A DNA stretch of 64,000 bases from Octopus vulgaris. Lineage: Eukaryota. The notes under the pieces are model-generated. The model was given only the letters and a program-made list of their open reading frames with translations, was not told where the DNA came from and ran no database searches. The DNA is taken from the NCBI GenBank assembly GCA_951406725.2, contig OX597827.1, positions 54,312,001 through 54,376,000 of the forward strand. The letters are read 5' to 3'. This document shows positions 1-13,166 of this stretch, in pieces. The stretch's first letter is position 1. The number at the start of each line of letters is the position of its first letter. The translations under genes were made by a program, and so were the position numbers.

Positions 1-291
1 ACCCATACATTGTATTCATGACCTTGTGAATAAGTTAGAAATCAATATTATTTGTTTTATTCCACAATGTAACTCATTCTTAACATATTATCCACATCAT
101 CATTGTCAAATCTGTGATGATGGGGTGGATGAAAAAGAAAAGGATGTGGATTTCATGCTAGTCATAAATTGAATTGATGCTTTGTAATTAATTGATTCTT
201 GAGTTAATTCATACTGAGATCAGCTTTGTCTTTTCTCTGTGTGTGTGTGTGTAACAGCAAACCTTATGAAGTTTATGTCTATTTAATTCAG

Positions 292-387
292 GTATGTGAT
301 AACAAATGTTGTGACCCTACAACTTGTAAACTGAAAGGCAATGCTGTGTGTGCTACAGGGAAATGTTGTAATCTTAATACATGTCAG
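292..387 (+). CDS. ADAM exon: disintegrin domain, N-terminal part
   Basis: ttcag|VCDNKCCDPTTCKLKGNAVCATGKCCNLNTCQ|gtgagt; 96 nt, phase 0-0. Confidence 0.93.
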
Positions 388-1866
388 GTGAGTTATGCAT
401 TGCATTATATATATACTTTATGACATGAGAAATGTGAAGTGCTAATTACTCTATATTAAATTACTCTGCTGTCAGATTATTATTATTTTTTTATTTTGAA
501 TTTCATTTATGTTTTAATTATGCCCATGGAAAATGGCAGTTCCCATTTTCCTTTTCACTCAAACTGCAGAAAGGTTAACAGACTACTTGTTATAAAGAAA
601 TTAATCCTTTTGTGATTACATTTCTATTTGATAAACTGCCTAAGTGTCTCAAACTATCTTCATTATAAGGAAGATATTGGAGAGGTTTAAGTAAATGTCT
701 TTATAGTTTTGGTATACATAGCACACTACATTTGACTAACTAAAACCCCATGTTATGATTAATTTTCTATTAAGATTATCACTTGCATATGAACAAATTT
801 TAATCATTTTAATGTACCCTATTTGAGATGATTGATATTAAGAGAATTAAATGGTTGATTTTACTTCTCATATGTTGGATAAATAAAATATTTATTCATT
901 CTGACTTAGCATAAATTTGTACTGCATTTTCAGTAAAGACAAAATATAATGAACTTATAAAGTTTATAGTTTTTGCTTGTCATAGCTTCAATAGGAACTG
1001 AAATTAGATTGTAGATTTTCTGGACATTTACCTCTGATACACAGCTCATACATCATCATCATTTAATGTCCATTTTCCATGCTTGCATGGGTTGGACAGT
1101 TTGACAGGAGCTGGCTAAGCAGAAGACTGCACCAGACTTCGCTGCCTGTTTTGGCATGGTTTTTACAGCTGGACACACATCCTAACACCAACCACCCCAC
1201 AGAATGGACTGAGTGCTTTTTACATGGCACCAACTCTGGTGAGATCTGTTTTGGCATGGTTTTTACAGCTGGATGCCTTTCCAAATGCTGACCACTTTAG
1301 AGTGTGGATTGGATGCTTTTTATGTGGCACCAGCACTGGTAGGATCACCAAGTAACTTGCAAGACAAAGATCTTTTGAGAGTAAAGGTGGTGGTGGGGGG
1401 GGTCATTGGAGGAGGTGGCCTTGTTCCAAGTGATGAGAGATTTGAGTGTGACAGAGGAATAGAAACAAGTGTCTTGTTGTAGAGGAGATACATCGTTACC
1501 AGTTTGGAGTGAGAGAGAGAGAGAGAGAGACGTTGGTTAGTTGATTTACTCTTCATATTTTTTTCAAAATAATTTCTGTCTTAAGTTGTAGTTGTGACTG
1601 TTGGATGCATCAGTGTTCTTATTCCTATAGCAAATTGGATAATTGGAACTCTCCTGAAGTCCATTGTCTTTGCTCAGTATAAGAAAACATTCTTGTAATT
1701 TGACTTTTGTGAGTTTACTTATTACTTTTGACCTGTTCACTGGTCATAGATGGTTAGCTAGCTGATAACTAAACAAATTACTTCTAACTAACCAATCTTC
1801 TCATCACTTGTGAAAGAGAGAAAATATTGGATGAAGTTATTTCTATGTTTTGATAAATCCTTTCAG

Positions 1867-1998
1867 CTGCGTCCCCCAGGAACTGCGTGTCGGCCTAGAG
1901 AAGGAGAATGTGATTTAGATGAATACTGCACAGGGAAAGGTGAATATTGTCCGGAAAATGTATTTATTCACAATGGACGGCCATGTTCTGGAGGACTG
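1867..1998 (+). CDS. ADAM exon: disintegrin loop (ECD motif)
   Basis: tttcag|LRPPGTACRPREGECDLDEYCTGKGEYCPENVFIHNGRPCSGGL|gtaaga; 132 nt, phase 0-0. Confidence 0.95.
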
Positions 1999-3773
1999 GT
2001 AAGAGACCCATTTTATCACAATAGTTTGCAATTTCAAAATCATTTTGTTTCTCTTGTTTTGGCTATTTGCAAAAAATGTAAAATTATTTTGCTTTACCCT
2101 CTTCATACTTTTGTATTACAAAAAACAAAAAGTAAATAAATTACTTTTTTATACATGCATACATGTATAATGGCTGTTATTTCTACCTTAAGCTTTCTCT
2201 TAAGTTATATTATTTATTTAGGCTTTCCTCTGAGTAAGGGAAAATATAATGATTTATCGTCACTTATACTAAAGTGTTATCATTGTATCTTTAACCCTAA
2301 CTGCTGTTGTAATGTCATATAGACATATACGCATGGAACACTAACTCAACGACCATGTATATTGAATATTTTAATCGTGTCCTTTAAACCGCTATAAGAA
2401 ACATAAAACAAAGATTACAGAAATGCATATTTATCTATGCTCAGTTGAAAAACAAACATGAAGAGAAACATTTTCTTTTTAATTATTTTATTTATATAAA
2501 TATAACATTTTATATTTATTTACAAGAAGAAAGATAACTTAGTCGTGAAGAAAAACGACTTTAAATTCCTTAGCTAATTTCTTCTTTCTATCTAATACGT
2601 TAACCAACAAATCAAAATAGATTTGTGATTAACGTAGACATGGCATAAAAATTTACCGATGTCTCCAAAAGAGTGAGTGTCGTGGAGTTGAATGACTACC
2701 GAACGAACACTAAAGTCTCTCCCCAAATCCAAGGTTTTTATAACTACTCAACCTGATCAAAAAGAATCGAAATTCAGGACAAACATTCTTTTTGAAACTT
2801 CTAGAATCTTTATACGAGCAGTTACACTAACCAATGGAAAAAGAACTAAAATGACAATTCCTCGGCAAAGACATTACGTCATATTGCCAATTCACGCCAC
2901 ATTTCAAAATGGCTAAAATGGCTATTGCTACACATGCATGCATGCATACATACATACATACATATGTACATACATACATACATACATACATACATACATA
3001 CATACCTGTGGAGGTACAGTATGGCCTAAATGTTAAGGTTAAGAAGTTTGCTTTGCAACTACCAGGCCCCAGGTTCAATTCCACTGCTTGGCATTTTAAG
3101 CAAATGTTATTCCCTAAAACCTCAGGGCAATTATATCTTATGAAGAGGTACAGCTTTGTGATATACTGTGCCAGACTGGTTCTGTCTGTGATTTATGTAT
3201 AGAGCACACATCAATTCAGGTGCAGGTAACTCAGTAGATCAAATAGTTCTGTGGCAGCAAATTGGCAGAGTTGTTAGAAAATTGGATGAAATGTCACTCA
3301 TGATCAGTATTTGTTCTAACTCTCTGCATTCTGACTTCAAATCCAATTAAGGTCACCTTTGACTTTCATCTTTGAAGAGCTGATAAAAAAAAGAAGTAGA
3401 AGGTGGAAGTGTTGAAGTACTGGATGGGATTTCTGCAGAGATATATTCCAACTCTTTGTGTTTTGACAGTAATGACACTGGGGTTGAGTTGTGTCAGACT
3501 TGCCATTCCCTTGAGTGACATTAATGATGAGGAGGAAAAGGAAGGCCTGTATCCATCAGCACCTGTTAGTCTTCTACAAATATTTTGACCAGGTCTGCTC
3601 ATACTGTTGCAGATATATGGTCAACACTAGACTTATGTGCATGCATACGCAGTAAGTACTGTTGAATGACATTTGACAAAGACCACTTGTTATTACAAAA
3701 GAAACAACTTTTTATCCTATTGGTAATACATGCAAAACGTTTCCACAGGTGAATGGCAATATGATAAAATCTA

Positions 3774-4565
3774 AGGCAGTGAGCTGGCAGAATTGTTAGC
3801 ACGCAAGGTAAAATGCTTAGAAGCATTTCATCCATCCTTATATTCTGAGTTGAAGGAAAAAGTACCAGTGGATTGCTGGAGTAAATGTAATCGACTTACC
3901 TCCACTCTCTGAAATTGCAGGCCTTGTGTCAAAATTTGAAGCCATTATTATTATCATTATTAAGGTGGTGAGCTGGCATAATCATTAGAACACCAGGCAA
4001 AATGCTTAGCAATATTTCGTCTGTCCTTACATTCTGAGTTCAAACGCCACTGAAGTCAACTTTGCCTTTCATTCCTTACAGAGTGAGTAAAGTAAGAACC
4101 AGTAAAGCACTGGGGTCAGTGTAATTCACTCACTGCCCCACTCCCACCCACTCCAAAATTGCTGGCTTTGTGACAACATTTGAAACCAATATTATATTCT
4201 GAAAGGTGGCAAACTGGCAGAAACATTAGTACGCCAGATGAAATGCTTAGCGGTATTTCGTCTGTCTTTACATTCTGAGTTCAAATTCTGCCAAGGTAGA
4301 CTTTACCTTTCATCCTTTTGGGGGTCAATAAATTAAGTACCAGTTGCATACTGGGGTCGATCTAATCGACTGGCCACCCTCCTCAAAAATTTTGGGCCTT
4401 GTGTCTTGAGTAGAAAAGATTATGATATTCTGAGTTCAAATGCACTGAGGTCGACTTTGCCTCTCATCCTTTCGGGGTCAATAAAATAAGTACCAGTCAA
4501 GTATTGGGGTTGATGTAATTGACTTCCTTCACCCTTCAAAATCCTTACCTTGTGCCAAAATTATA
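3774..4565 (+). mobile_element. Cluster of four head-to-tail tRNA-derived SINEs (GCCTTTCATCC..AAGTACCAG core family). Others: + 24945-25155, 35107-35330, 43270-43720, 62172-62380; - 12480-12910, 14900-15560, 20910-21135, 24700-24910, 27480-27685, 36985-37192, 56670-56980
   Basis: Recurrent aggcggcgagctggcagaatcgttagc..gagttcaaattc..gactttgcctttcatcctttcggggtcgataaa..aagtaccag consensus. Confidence 0.85.
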
Positions 4566-5173
4566 AAGCTTATTATGATAAAATCTTCAACAAATCGCTA
4601 TACATATAAAGCAGTATGGACACTAGCTACGTGAACCTCAAAATTTATTCAATATCCACAGTGCATTACTTTAAGTGTTAAATTTACCTTGTTAATTACC
4701 ACTTTCTTGCTAAGTTACTTTTATTTGTTAATTTCTTCAATGGATTATCAATGGGTTTTTTTCTTAATTTTGAAATGATATCTATAATATATCAGAATTC
4801 CTACGGTGTTTACAATCCTTTATCAGATTGATTTGTGTTGTGAACGCTTTTAATCAATAAATATTATCGATCCTCTCTCATTCAATAACAAAACTAGATT
4901 AGATACTCAAAACGACGAAAAATAACTCTTCGGTATACTAATACGACTTATCTCCCTTGAAACAAAAAACTTGTTTAAAAAAAATTCTCAATTGTGAAGT
5001 TATCCCAGCATTTAATGTTTATTGAAACCCCACAGCCTAGAGAATCCAGTATCTTTTTTTATCATTATTAAAGGCAAATTTCAATGTGAATGGCTAATCT
5101 CTTGCTTTTGCCTAGAAGCATACATACAAAATCTTACATAGACCTCCCCTTCTTCTTCAGGTTCATATAAGAT

Positions 5174-5768
5174 TTTGATGTTAAAATTTACGTACCATAA
5201 ATTGGTTATGCTTCTACAATACACAAAATATTTTAATTTTTTTATACGATTCCTTATAATATTTAATTATAAAAAAATGCAGTAGGATCTTTTTTATAAA
5301 CATCAAATGGCTATGAAGCTCTAGTAGAGTAAAATAGAAATAAAAGTGGGGTCCACAGGTAACAAATGGTTGAGAATCACTGTTTTAATCCCAGACTAGT
5401 CCTAATTCAGCAGACCTCCGATCAAATGTATTCCAACTATGACCATCATATCATTATATTTTCCAGACATAGTGTATCTAGGAGTACATTATATGATGTT
5501 TGATGTTAAAATTTACGTACCATAAATTGGTTATACTTCTACAATATACAAAATATTTTAATTTTTTTATACGATTCCTAATAATATTTAATTATAAAAA
5601 AAATACAATAGGATCTTTTTTATACACATCAAATTGCTATGAAGGTCCAGTAGAGTAAAATAGGAATAAAAGTGGGGTCCATAGGTAACAAATGGTTGAG
5701 AATCACTGTTTTAATCCCAGACTAGTCCTAATTCAGCAGACCTCCGATCAAATGTATTCCAACTATGA
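5174..5768. repeat. Direct duplication of ~270 bp (5174-5442 and 5499-5768) containing one end of a hAT MITE related to 12222-12462
   Basis: Two highly similar copies with 325-bp period; each contains ggggtcc..aggtaacaaatggttgagaatcactg. Confidence 0.85.
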
Positions 5769-6437
5769 TGGTCATATTTAATCAACCCCGAAAGGATGAA
5801 AGGCAAAGTTGATTAAATAAGTATGTTACGCACTGGGGTCAATGCAATCGACTTAATCTGTTTGTCTGTCCTTGTTTGTCCTCTCTGTGTTTAGTCCCTT
5901 GTGGGTAGTAAAGAAATAGGTATTTCTGTAGAGTTTTTTGAACTTGCAATGCTTCCTGGTAGTACTGCTAAGTCAGGGATTTCTGGAAATTACCAACATT
6001 TTCAAGTTTCGTTTGAAATAGAAAAAGGGTGGGAAGAGAAGTGCTGTCTCCCAGCAAATTTGTTGAAAGGAAGATTAGAGTGGTGAGCTTGGTCCAAGTC
6101 TACAGGCCTACACTGAGCATACACCTGTAGATTGGAGAAAGACAAAGAGAGAGAACTTGCCTTAGTGTTCAGGATTTTCCACAAATAATATTTGGAGAAC
6201 TTCTCCCTTTTGGGTAATTATTCTTTGTTTAAATCATGTAATCCCACACTGTATTATCCTGTACTATCTTTAATGTTTTTGTCAACTCTTGTAATGTAAT
6301 CAAGTAGCTCCCCCCCCCTACACACACACACATACACACACAAAAATTCTACCTATAGTAGAAAGAATTGTTGTTGTTTTTATCATTATTATTATTATTA
6401 TTATTATTATTGTTGTTGTTGTTATTGTTATTTTCAG

Positions 6438-6613
6438 TCATACTGTTACAAAGGACAGTGCAATACTCACACAAAACAGTGTCGGTTGCTATGGGGGGAA
6501 ACTGGCAGAGTATCCGATGATATTTGCTTCAAATCTAATAACGTACATGGCAATGTCAGTGGTAACTGTGGTTTCAACTGGCAGACAGACAGATACACAG
6601 CTTGTGCAGCGAA
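6438..6613 (+). CDS. ADAM exon: Cys-rich domain, part 1 (absent from the ORF track)
   Basis: ttttcag|SYCYKGQCNTHTKQCRLLWGETGRVSDDICFKSNNVHGNVSGNCGFNWQTDRYTACAA..|gtaagt; 176 nt, phase 0-2. Confidence 0.93.
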
Positions 6614-8036
6614 GTAAGTTGACCTTGACTTTATTACTGAACTCAGGTTTTAAATTTGATGGTAGAAAATTGAGAAAAAAGTTGCAAAAATTATGATAAA
6701 TGTTGCTATCTATGTATTGTAGGAAATGGTGTAATTAATCTGTGTTTGACAGTCATCAATTATTTACACTTTCTAATACACACATAAGTATGCATATGTG
6801 TATTGCATTCTTTATATTGACGTATGTAGGGGGGTATGCATGTGTGTGTGTTTGCCTGTATGTACTACACTGCACTCACATATATGTGGATGCATGTAGT
6901 CTTTCCAGGCTCATTTTACTATAAAATTATAATACAATGTTTTATGTTTTTCTTTCCTTACTTTTTTCCCATTTGTTAAAGAAGTTGTTTTTGATAATTT
7001 CATTGCTTCTTTTCTCAGTTTTAGGACATTTTTTTTATAAGAATTCCTTTTGAGTGAATCACAACTAGTAATCATAGGTCCTTATATATCTCATACTATT
7101 ACCCTTTATAACACAATTTTTGTCCTTGGGTAGCAACTGTTTATTCCTATTTGCTTACCCTTAGAACTTACAGAAAATGACTAATATTTTCTTCAAACTT
7201 TGCTTTTCTTAAAAAGTAAATAGGAAATAACACTTACTGACCAAAGACAAAAAAAAATTTAATTTTGTTAATGGTGTTGGATCAGATCTGATCAATTGTA
7301 GATATTAAAATTCCCAATCCTTCAAGAACAAAACAATCCTGTGCACAAAGCCTCATTTTCTGTGCTAGAATTGTCAGAATTTTGGATTTCGCTTTGAAGC
7401 CAATATCTTCGATTAGCTATACTAGAGTCGTTAAATCTCTGTTGCCCTTTGAATCATCATATCTTTGCGAATTAGGTATCTCTGTGCTTATGGAAATGAA
7501 GTAAAAAAAAACAAAAAAAAAACAGGAATGATTACAGATGGTAGATGAGGGGCTACATATTTGTTTATCTTATTTAGAACCTCGTTTTCACAAAATTCTT
7601 TCTCAAAATCAATTGCATACTTCTCACTAAAAACATTATTATTGTATTATATTATTCATGTATATATTATATGTTCATAAAACAATGTTCTCTTATTGTA
7701 AATATAATAAGAATTTATTTATTTTTATTCATACTAATAAAGTATATTCAATTTTGTTGGGATTTTATTTGGTCTGCTGCAAAATAAATTCTCCTTGCCC
7801 AGTATGTTGTAAGGTAAAAATGTTTGACAAACACTGCATTAACTCAGACTTGAAAGAAATGTATTTTATATTTAGAATTCCTAAACAACAAAACTAAATG
7901 CTTGGTTGTTTGCGAATTTGGTTGCTTTTTGTTTTTGGGTTTTTTTTTTTTTAACAATGATATTGTTTCTGTATATGTTGTTATACTTTGAAGCATCAAA
8001 TCATGTTTTACCTTTTTGTCTTGTTTCTGTTTCCAG

Positions 8037-8241
8037 AGATGTTCGTTGTGGTATGCTTCATTGTGTTCACAAAAATGAAAAACTAATGTTCTGGAAAGAT
8101 AACCTTGCTAAAAAATTTCCAACATCATTCATAAATACTGGTAGGACAATTGAAGTATGTCGGGCAGTAATTTTGGATGTAGGCCTTCAGATGCAAGACC
8201 CTGGATTGGTACCAGATGGCTCTAAATGTGGTGATGAAAAA
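8037..8241 (+). CDS. ADAM exon: Cys-rich domain, part 2
   Basis: ttccag|(K)DVRCGMLHC...DPGLVPDGSKCGDEK|gtaagt; 205 nt, phase 2-0. Confidence 0.95.
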
Positions 8242-8369
8242 GTAAGTTCACTTTTCTTTTTAGTTTATCTGTCCATCAATGTGTGTGTGTGTGTGTGTGT
8301 GAGGAATTTAATGTGAATGTAAGAATTTGTCAAGATTCAGTTCTTAGTTCTCTCCTTTTCATCATTGTC

Positions 8370-8690
8370 CTACAGTTCATCACAGAAGATTTTTATATTG
8401 GATGTCTTTGGGAACTCCTATATGCTGATGATCTAGTTCTCATTAGCTGAAAATATAGGGGAATTAGAGAGGAAATTCCAGAAATGGAAGTTAAATCTAA
8501 AATCATATGGTGTTAAGATAAATTTATCAAAGACAAAGGTTGCAGTATGTAGGAAAGAAGACAAGACCCTGGTATCTTCAGGGAAATAGCCTTGCTAGCT
8601 ATACAAAAAAGGATTAGATATAAACTCCATATGCTGCACCCAGTGTAAGCTATGGGCACACAAGAGATGTTGCAAAATCACAGACCATGA
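8370..8690 (+). mobile_element. Old RTE LINE fragment (RT YADD region)
   Basis: LYADDLVLIAENIGELERKFQKWKLNL..VKINLSKTKV. Confidence 0.75.
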
Positions 8691-8817
8691 GAGTTTACTA
8701 CTCAAAATCAAATAACTAATATCTCCTATTCAAATTAGCAGGAGAAGCCCCTATTTCTATATATCTCATCATTAAAAGAAAATATGTGCAAATGTCTCCC
8801 ATCAAAACCAACCTTAA

Positions 8818-9039
8818 CCCTTTTGATACTAACCCAGCCAAAACCGGCTCTGGTTCTGTAGTATAAATGTCTTGTTTTCATAAGTTTTTCATTAAAATAT
8901 ACCACCAAACCTTAATCACAATTTATGATCCTAACAGTAGGTGAATGATAAGTAAGTTATTTTACTAAATTCTTTGTTATATTTACAATTAATTGAAAGA
9001 AACACAGAGCATCTCAAAATGAATACGGTAACGAAAGGG
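8818..9039. mobile_element. piggyBac-type MITE
   Basis: TTAA on both sides; termini cccttttgatac / gtaacgaaaggg. Confidence 0.8.
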
Positions 9040-10039
9040 TTAATTGTATATTGTAAATACTGCATCCACGGGATTGCTTAACATTTCAGTATACATTGAA
9101 AAAAGTATGTCATTTAAAAAAAAATAACCAAAAGATACATGGAAGTAAAATTTTTTTAAATTATGCCTGATTAAATTCTAACATAAATCAGATTAATTTA
9201 ACAGGTGTGTTTTTATCTATGTTCTGGCAGATGGATTTCCATAAGAACTTAAAGTCCCAAGACCCACATCCATATTTATTATAAGTCACAAATTTATTTT
9301 ATATTCAGTTGCTTATCCAGGTAATGGAAATTAGATGGAACAATAAAGGCAAAGCTGTAAATAATCATCGCAAAAGTTAATCCAATTCTAGATTAGAAAT
9401 TCTATTATTTGGGTTCAGATAATGTCAGCATGAATTGGAAGCACTTAATTGCTAATATTTGGTGTATAAACGAAGGGGGTTGTATATAATATGTGTCAGC
9501 AAGTGACCTGCATACTTAAAGTAAGCTGTCATTACATAAATTTAGCTCATAATTATAAGTTCTCTTTAACAACATATGTAAGGGATAGTATTTATGCCAG
9601 GTAGTTTTGCTCTGTGTTAGAACTAGATATTAGCTATAATTCTTTCAAGTTGAACGTAGCCTACACTTCATTCATTGCAAACATCTAAAAGGTTAAGCAC
9701 ATGCCTGCATTTCTATGAAACTTGAAGTAAATGGCTGTTGTAGTCATTAATTGTTGATCTGTAAATATCATTTTTGTCATTATTTTACATGTCTGCTTTA
9801 TATTCTCCTAAGCCTGAATGAAAACTAGGCAGCAGTGAAATATATATAGCTGTGATTGATATACAGAAGTGGAGTAGTAAAAATTTCACAGAGTGTACTT
9901 GATATGATCTATGGATGTACAAGAAGTGTAACAGAATATAGGCAGGCTGATGGTTAATAAAGATGAATGTGACAGATTTGCTGGTGTAGTCAGCAGACAA
10001 AGGATTGGTAAAATAAATACTTTCCAATACCCAGAAGAC

Positions 10040-10600
10040 TCTATAGAAGTAGTCCATAGCTTCTGTTGGCTACTAGGCAATCTTAGCAATAGTGGCAATG
10101 GGTGATCTAAAATCATTGTAACTAGAAGTAGAATATGGGGAAAAAGTTCCTGGAGTTATTAACTTTGCTGATCAGAAGGAGGTTCTTACTTCGAGCAAGA
10201 GAAAATTGTACAATGCTTGTGTATGAACCAAGATTCTTCATGGTAATGTGATATGGAATTGAATCCAGAAGATGTGTTAAAGCTGGAAAGAAATGAAACA
10301 AGCATGTATTGATGGATATGTAATGTTAGTGTATGTGAATGACATACTACAGAGGAGCTAAGAGGAGAATTTGGACATAAGAGGAATGACTGCAATGGTG
10401 TGGACATGTAATGCATTTGAGTGATGACAACTGGGTAAAAAGAACGGTAGATCCATGTGGGAGGAAACCCTAGAGAAATAAGGCCAAGGAAGACATAGGC
10501 AGGTGTAATGAAAGCTGATGTTTTGGATGTTGAACATTGCAAAAGATGTTTACAAAAGAATGCAGCAAATGGCAGGACCCAGTGCCAAAGAGGACCTAAG
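10040..10600 (+). mobile_element. Old RTE LINE fragment
   Basis: Degenerate LEVVHSFC, KLERNETSM, GRPRKT motifs as in the other RTE copies. Confidence 0.65.
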
Positions 10601-10880
10601 AAAGCATGGAAAAGTAGGTTGGAGGAGGAGAGAAAAGAGAAGAAAGGGAGGAGAAACCACCGTCATCATTATCATCATCATTACCATCATCATTATGTCT
10701 CATTTTCAAGTAAACAGATAATCATTATTGCTACTCTCACCATCCTTAAGTTCTGAAATTGCTTTCTACTCATTATCATCAGCATTATCATGAACAAGAC
10801 CATTTTTTACTTCATTATTAATACTGTAGCTCTTCATTAACTAACTGTTTTACATTTCTTTTTCTTCTCTCACCAATTAG

Positions 10881-10958
10881 ATCTGTGTAGAGCAACAGTG
10901 TAAACCACTGCAGAAATTAGGATTTCCTGATTGCCCTAAAGGATGCAATGGACATGGA
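10881..10958 (+). CDS. ADAM exon: end of Cys-rich domain, start of EGF-like domain (absent from the ORF track)
   Basis: ttag|ICVEQQCKPLQKLGFPDCPKGCNGHG|gtaagt; 78 nt, phase 0-0. Confidence 0.92.
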
Positions 10959-12221
10959 GTAAGTTTGAGATTAAAGATATTATCTATTACGTTTATGTAT
11001 ATATGTATGATATATATATATATATATCATCATCATCATTTAGCGTCCGCTTTCCATGCTAGCATGGGTTGGACGGTTCAACTGGGGTCTGTGAAGCCAG
11101 AAGGCTGTATCAGACCCAGTCTGATCTGGCAGTGTTTCTACGGCTGGATGCCCTTCCTAACGCCAACCACTCCGTGAGTGTAGTAGGTGCTTTTTACGTG
11201 CCACCTGCACAGGTGCCAGGCGAGGCTGGCAACGGCCACGATCAGATTGGTACATTTTACATGCCACCAGCACAGAAGCCAGTCAAGGCGGCGCTGGCAT
11301 CGGCCACGATTCGGATAGCGCTTTTTACATGCCACCGAAAAACAATGACCATATAGTTAATGAACTGATACTGGGTTTTGCATAAATTCTATACTCTTCT
11401 AAAACTTTTGTTGTACTCTCCTTTGTATCATCATACCTTTCACAGTACCAAGAACAATTAAGCTAGATATATATTTGTATATCTTTTATCTTTTGCTTGT
11501 CTCACTTGTTATACTGCATCCATGCTGAGGCACCTCCTTGAAGAATTTTAGCCAAGCTTATCAAACCCAGTACTTGTTAATTTTTTGTAAAACCTGGTGC
11601 TTATTCCATACTGGATTGGGTTGGATGGTTTGACAGGAGCCAGCCAGGTAGAAGACCACCCCAGGCAGCTGGGTCTATTTTGGCATGGTTTTTATGGTTA
11701 GATGCCCTTCCTAACACCAACCACTCCACAGAGTGGACTGAGTGCTTTTTACATGGCACCAGCACAGGCGAGGTCAGTTTTGGCATGGTTTTTACAGCTG
11801 GATGTGCTTCCAAAGGCCATATAATCTCAAAGCAAATTCCATTGGGTTTGTGCTTCCCATAGAATGTGGCTAATTAGTGTATTAAGCTCCAAACAAATTA
11901 ATTCAGTGTAATCAACTAAGAGTATAAAAATTGCACCCCTCTACCAAGCCTTTGTTGAACCAGTGTAGCAGTGTAGACTCATCAAACCAATACAATCTGA
12001 AGCTCAAATTCACAGCCTCTACATTGGACTGTGGTTGGTGGACAGAATATGTTGATGCCTTCATCTTGCAGTGGACTAAACACAGGCAATCTATTCCAGT
12101 CCAACCCAAGCTCCATACATAGTCTTGATCTACCACAATATTTTCATCATGTGTGCAAATAAATGCATTTTGAATGAGAACACATTTGAAGTATCAAAAC
12201 AGCAAAATGTTTCATCTAAAG

Positions 12222-12462
12222 CAGTGTTTCTGAACCATTTTTTGCCTATGGGCCCTTTTGATTCCTATTTTAATCATTCAATGTTTAAAAAAATTCTATA
12301 ATATTTTTTTTATAATTAAACATTATTAGGAATTTTACTTAAAAAATCCTTGATATATTTAATGTATTGGAGAAATATAACCAATTTATTGCTGTTAAAT
12401 TTTAGCAACAAAATCTTCTTTGGACCCCCAAAGGCCATATAGACCCCAGTTGAGAACCACTG
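12222..12462. mobile_element. hAT (Charlie-like) MITE
   Basis: TIRs cagtgtttctgaac / gttgagaaccactg; perfect 8-bp TSD ATCTAAAG (12214-12221, 12463-12470). Confidence 0.9.
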
Positions 12463-13054
12463 ATCTAAAGAATATATTAATTTCAAATTTTTGTGCAAAG
12501 CCAGAAGGTTCAGTGGGGTGGTTAAGTTGATTACATCAACTCCAGTATTCAACTGGTACTTTTTTTATCGAATGAAAAGTAAAGTCAACCTTGGCAGACT
12601 TTGAACTCAGGGACAGACAAAATACCACTAAGCATAATGCCCAGTGTGCTAATGATTCTGCCAGTTTGCCACATTTATGTAAAGAATACACTAGAATGCA
12701 TTTATGCAAAATAATCCTTTCGACTATAGGCACAGGGCCTGAAATTTGTGGGAAGGGGATAGGGGGATACATTGATCCCAGTACTCGGCTGTTATTTATT
12801 TTATTGACCCTGAAAGGATGAAAGGCAAAGTCGACCCTGGCAAAATTTGAACTCAGAACATAGCTATGGATGAAATGCCACTAAGCATTTTACCTAGCTT
12901 GCTAACGATGCATTTATGCAAAAAATAATTATGTCTTTTGTATACTATATTAATGTGCCTGTTTGCAGTGTTTATGTATCTCTTTACTATATTATCTGTT
13001 AGTAAAATTGAAAGAATTAATTAATCAACTTAAATATCTTCATTTCTCTTCTAG

Positions 13055-13166
13055 GTGTGCAATAGCCGTGGGAATTGCCATTGTGATGCTGGCTATGGAC
13101 CCCCTTACTGTGACAAAGAAGGGAAGGGTGGAAGTGTCGACAGTGGAATTGCTAACCTAGAAAAAG
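13055..13166 (+). CDS. ADAM exon: EGF-like domain
   Basis: ctag|[37 protein letters not shown]..|gtaaac; 112 nt, phase 0-1. Confidence 0.93.

Noticed and set aside
2290-2920. CpG-retaining patches in an ADAM intron (also ~4600-5050)
   Set aside because: Possibly DNA-transposon remnants, but I could not define TIRs, TSDs or coding similarity.
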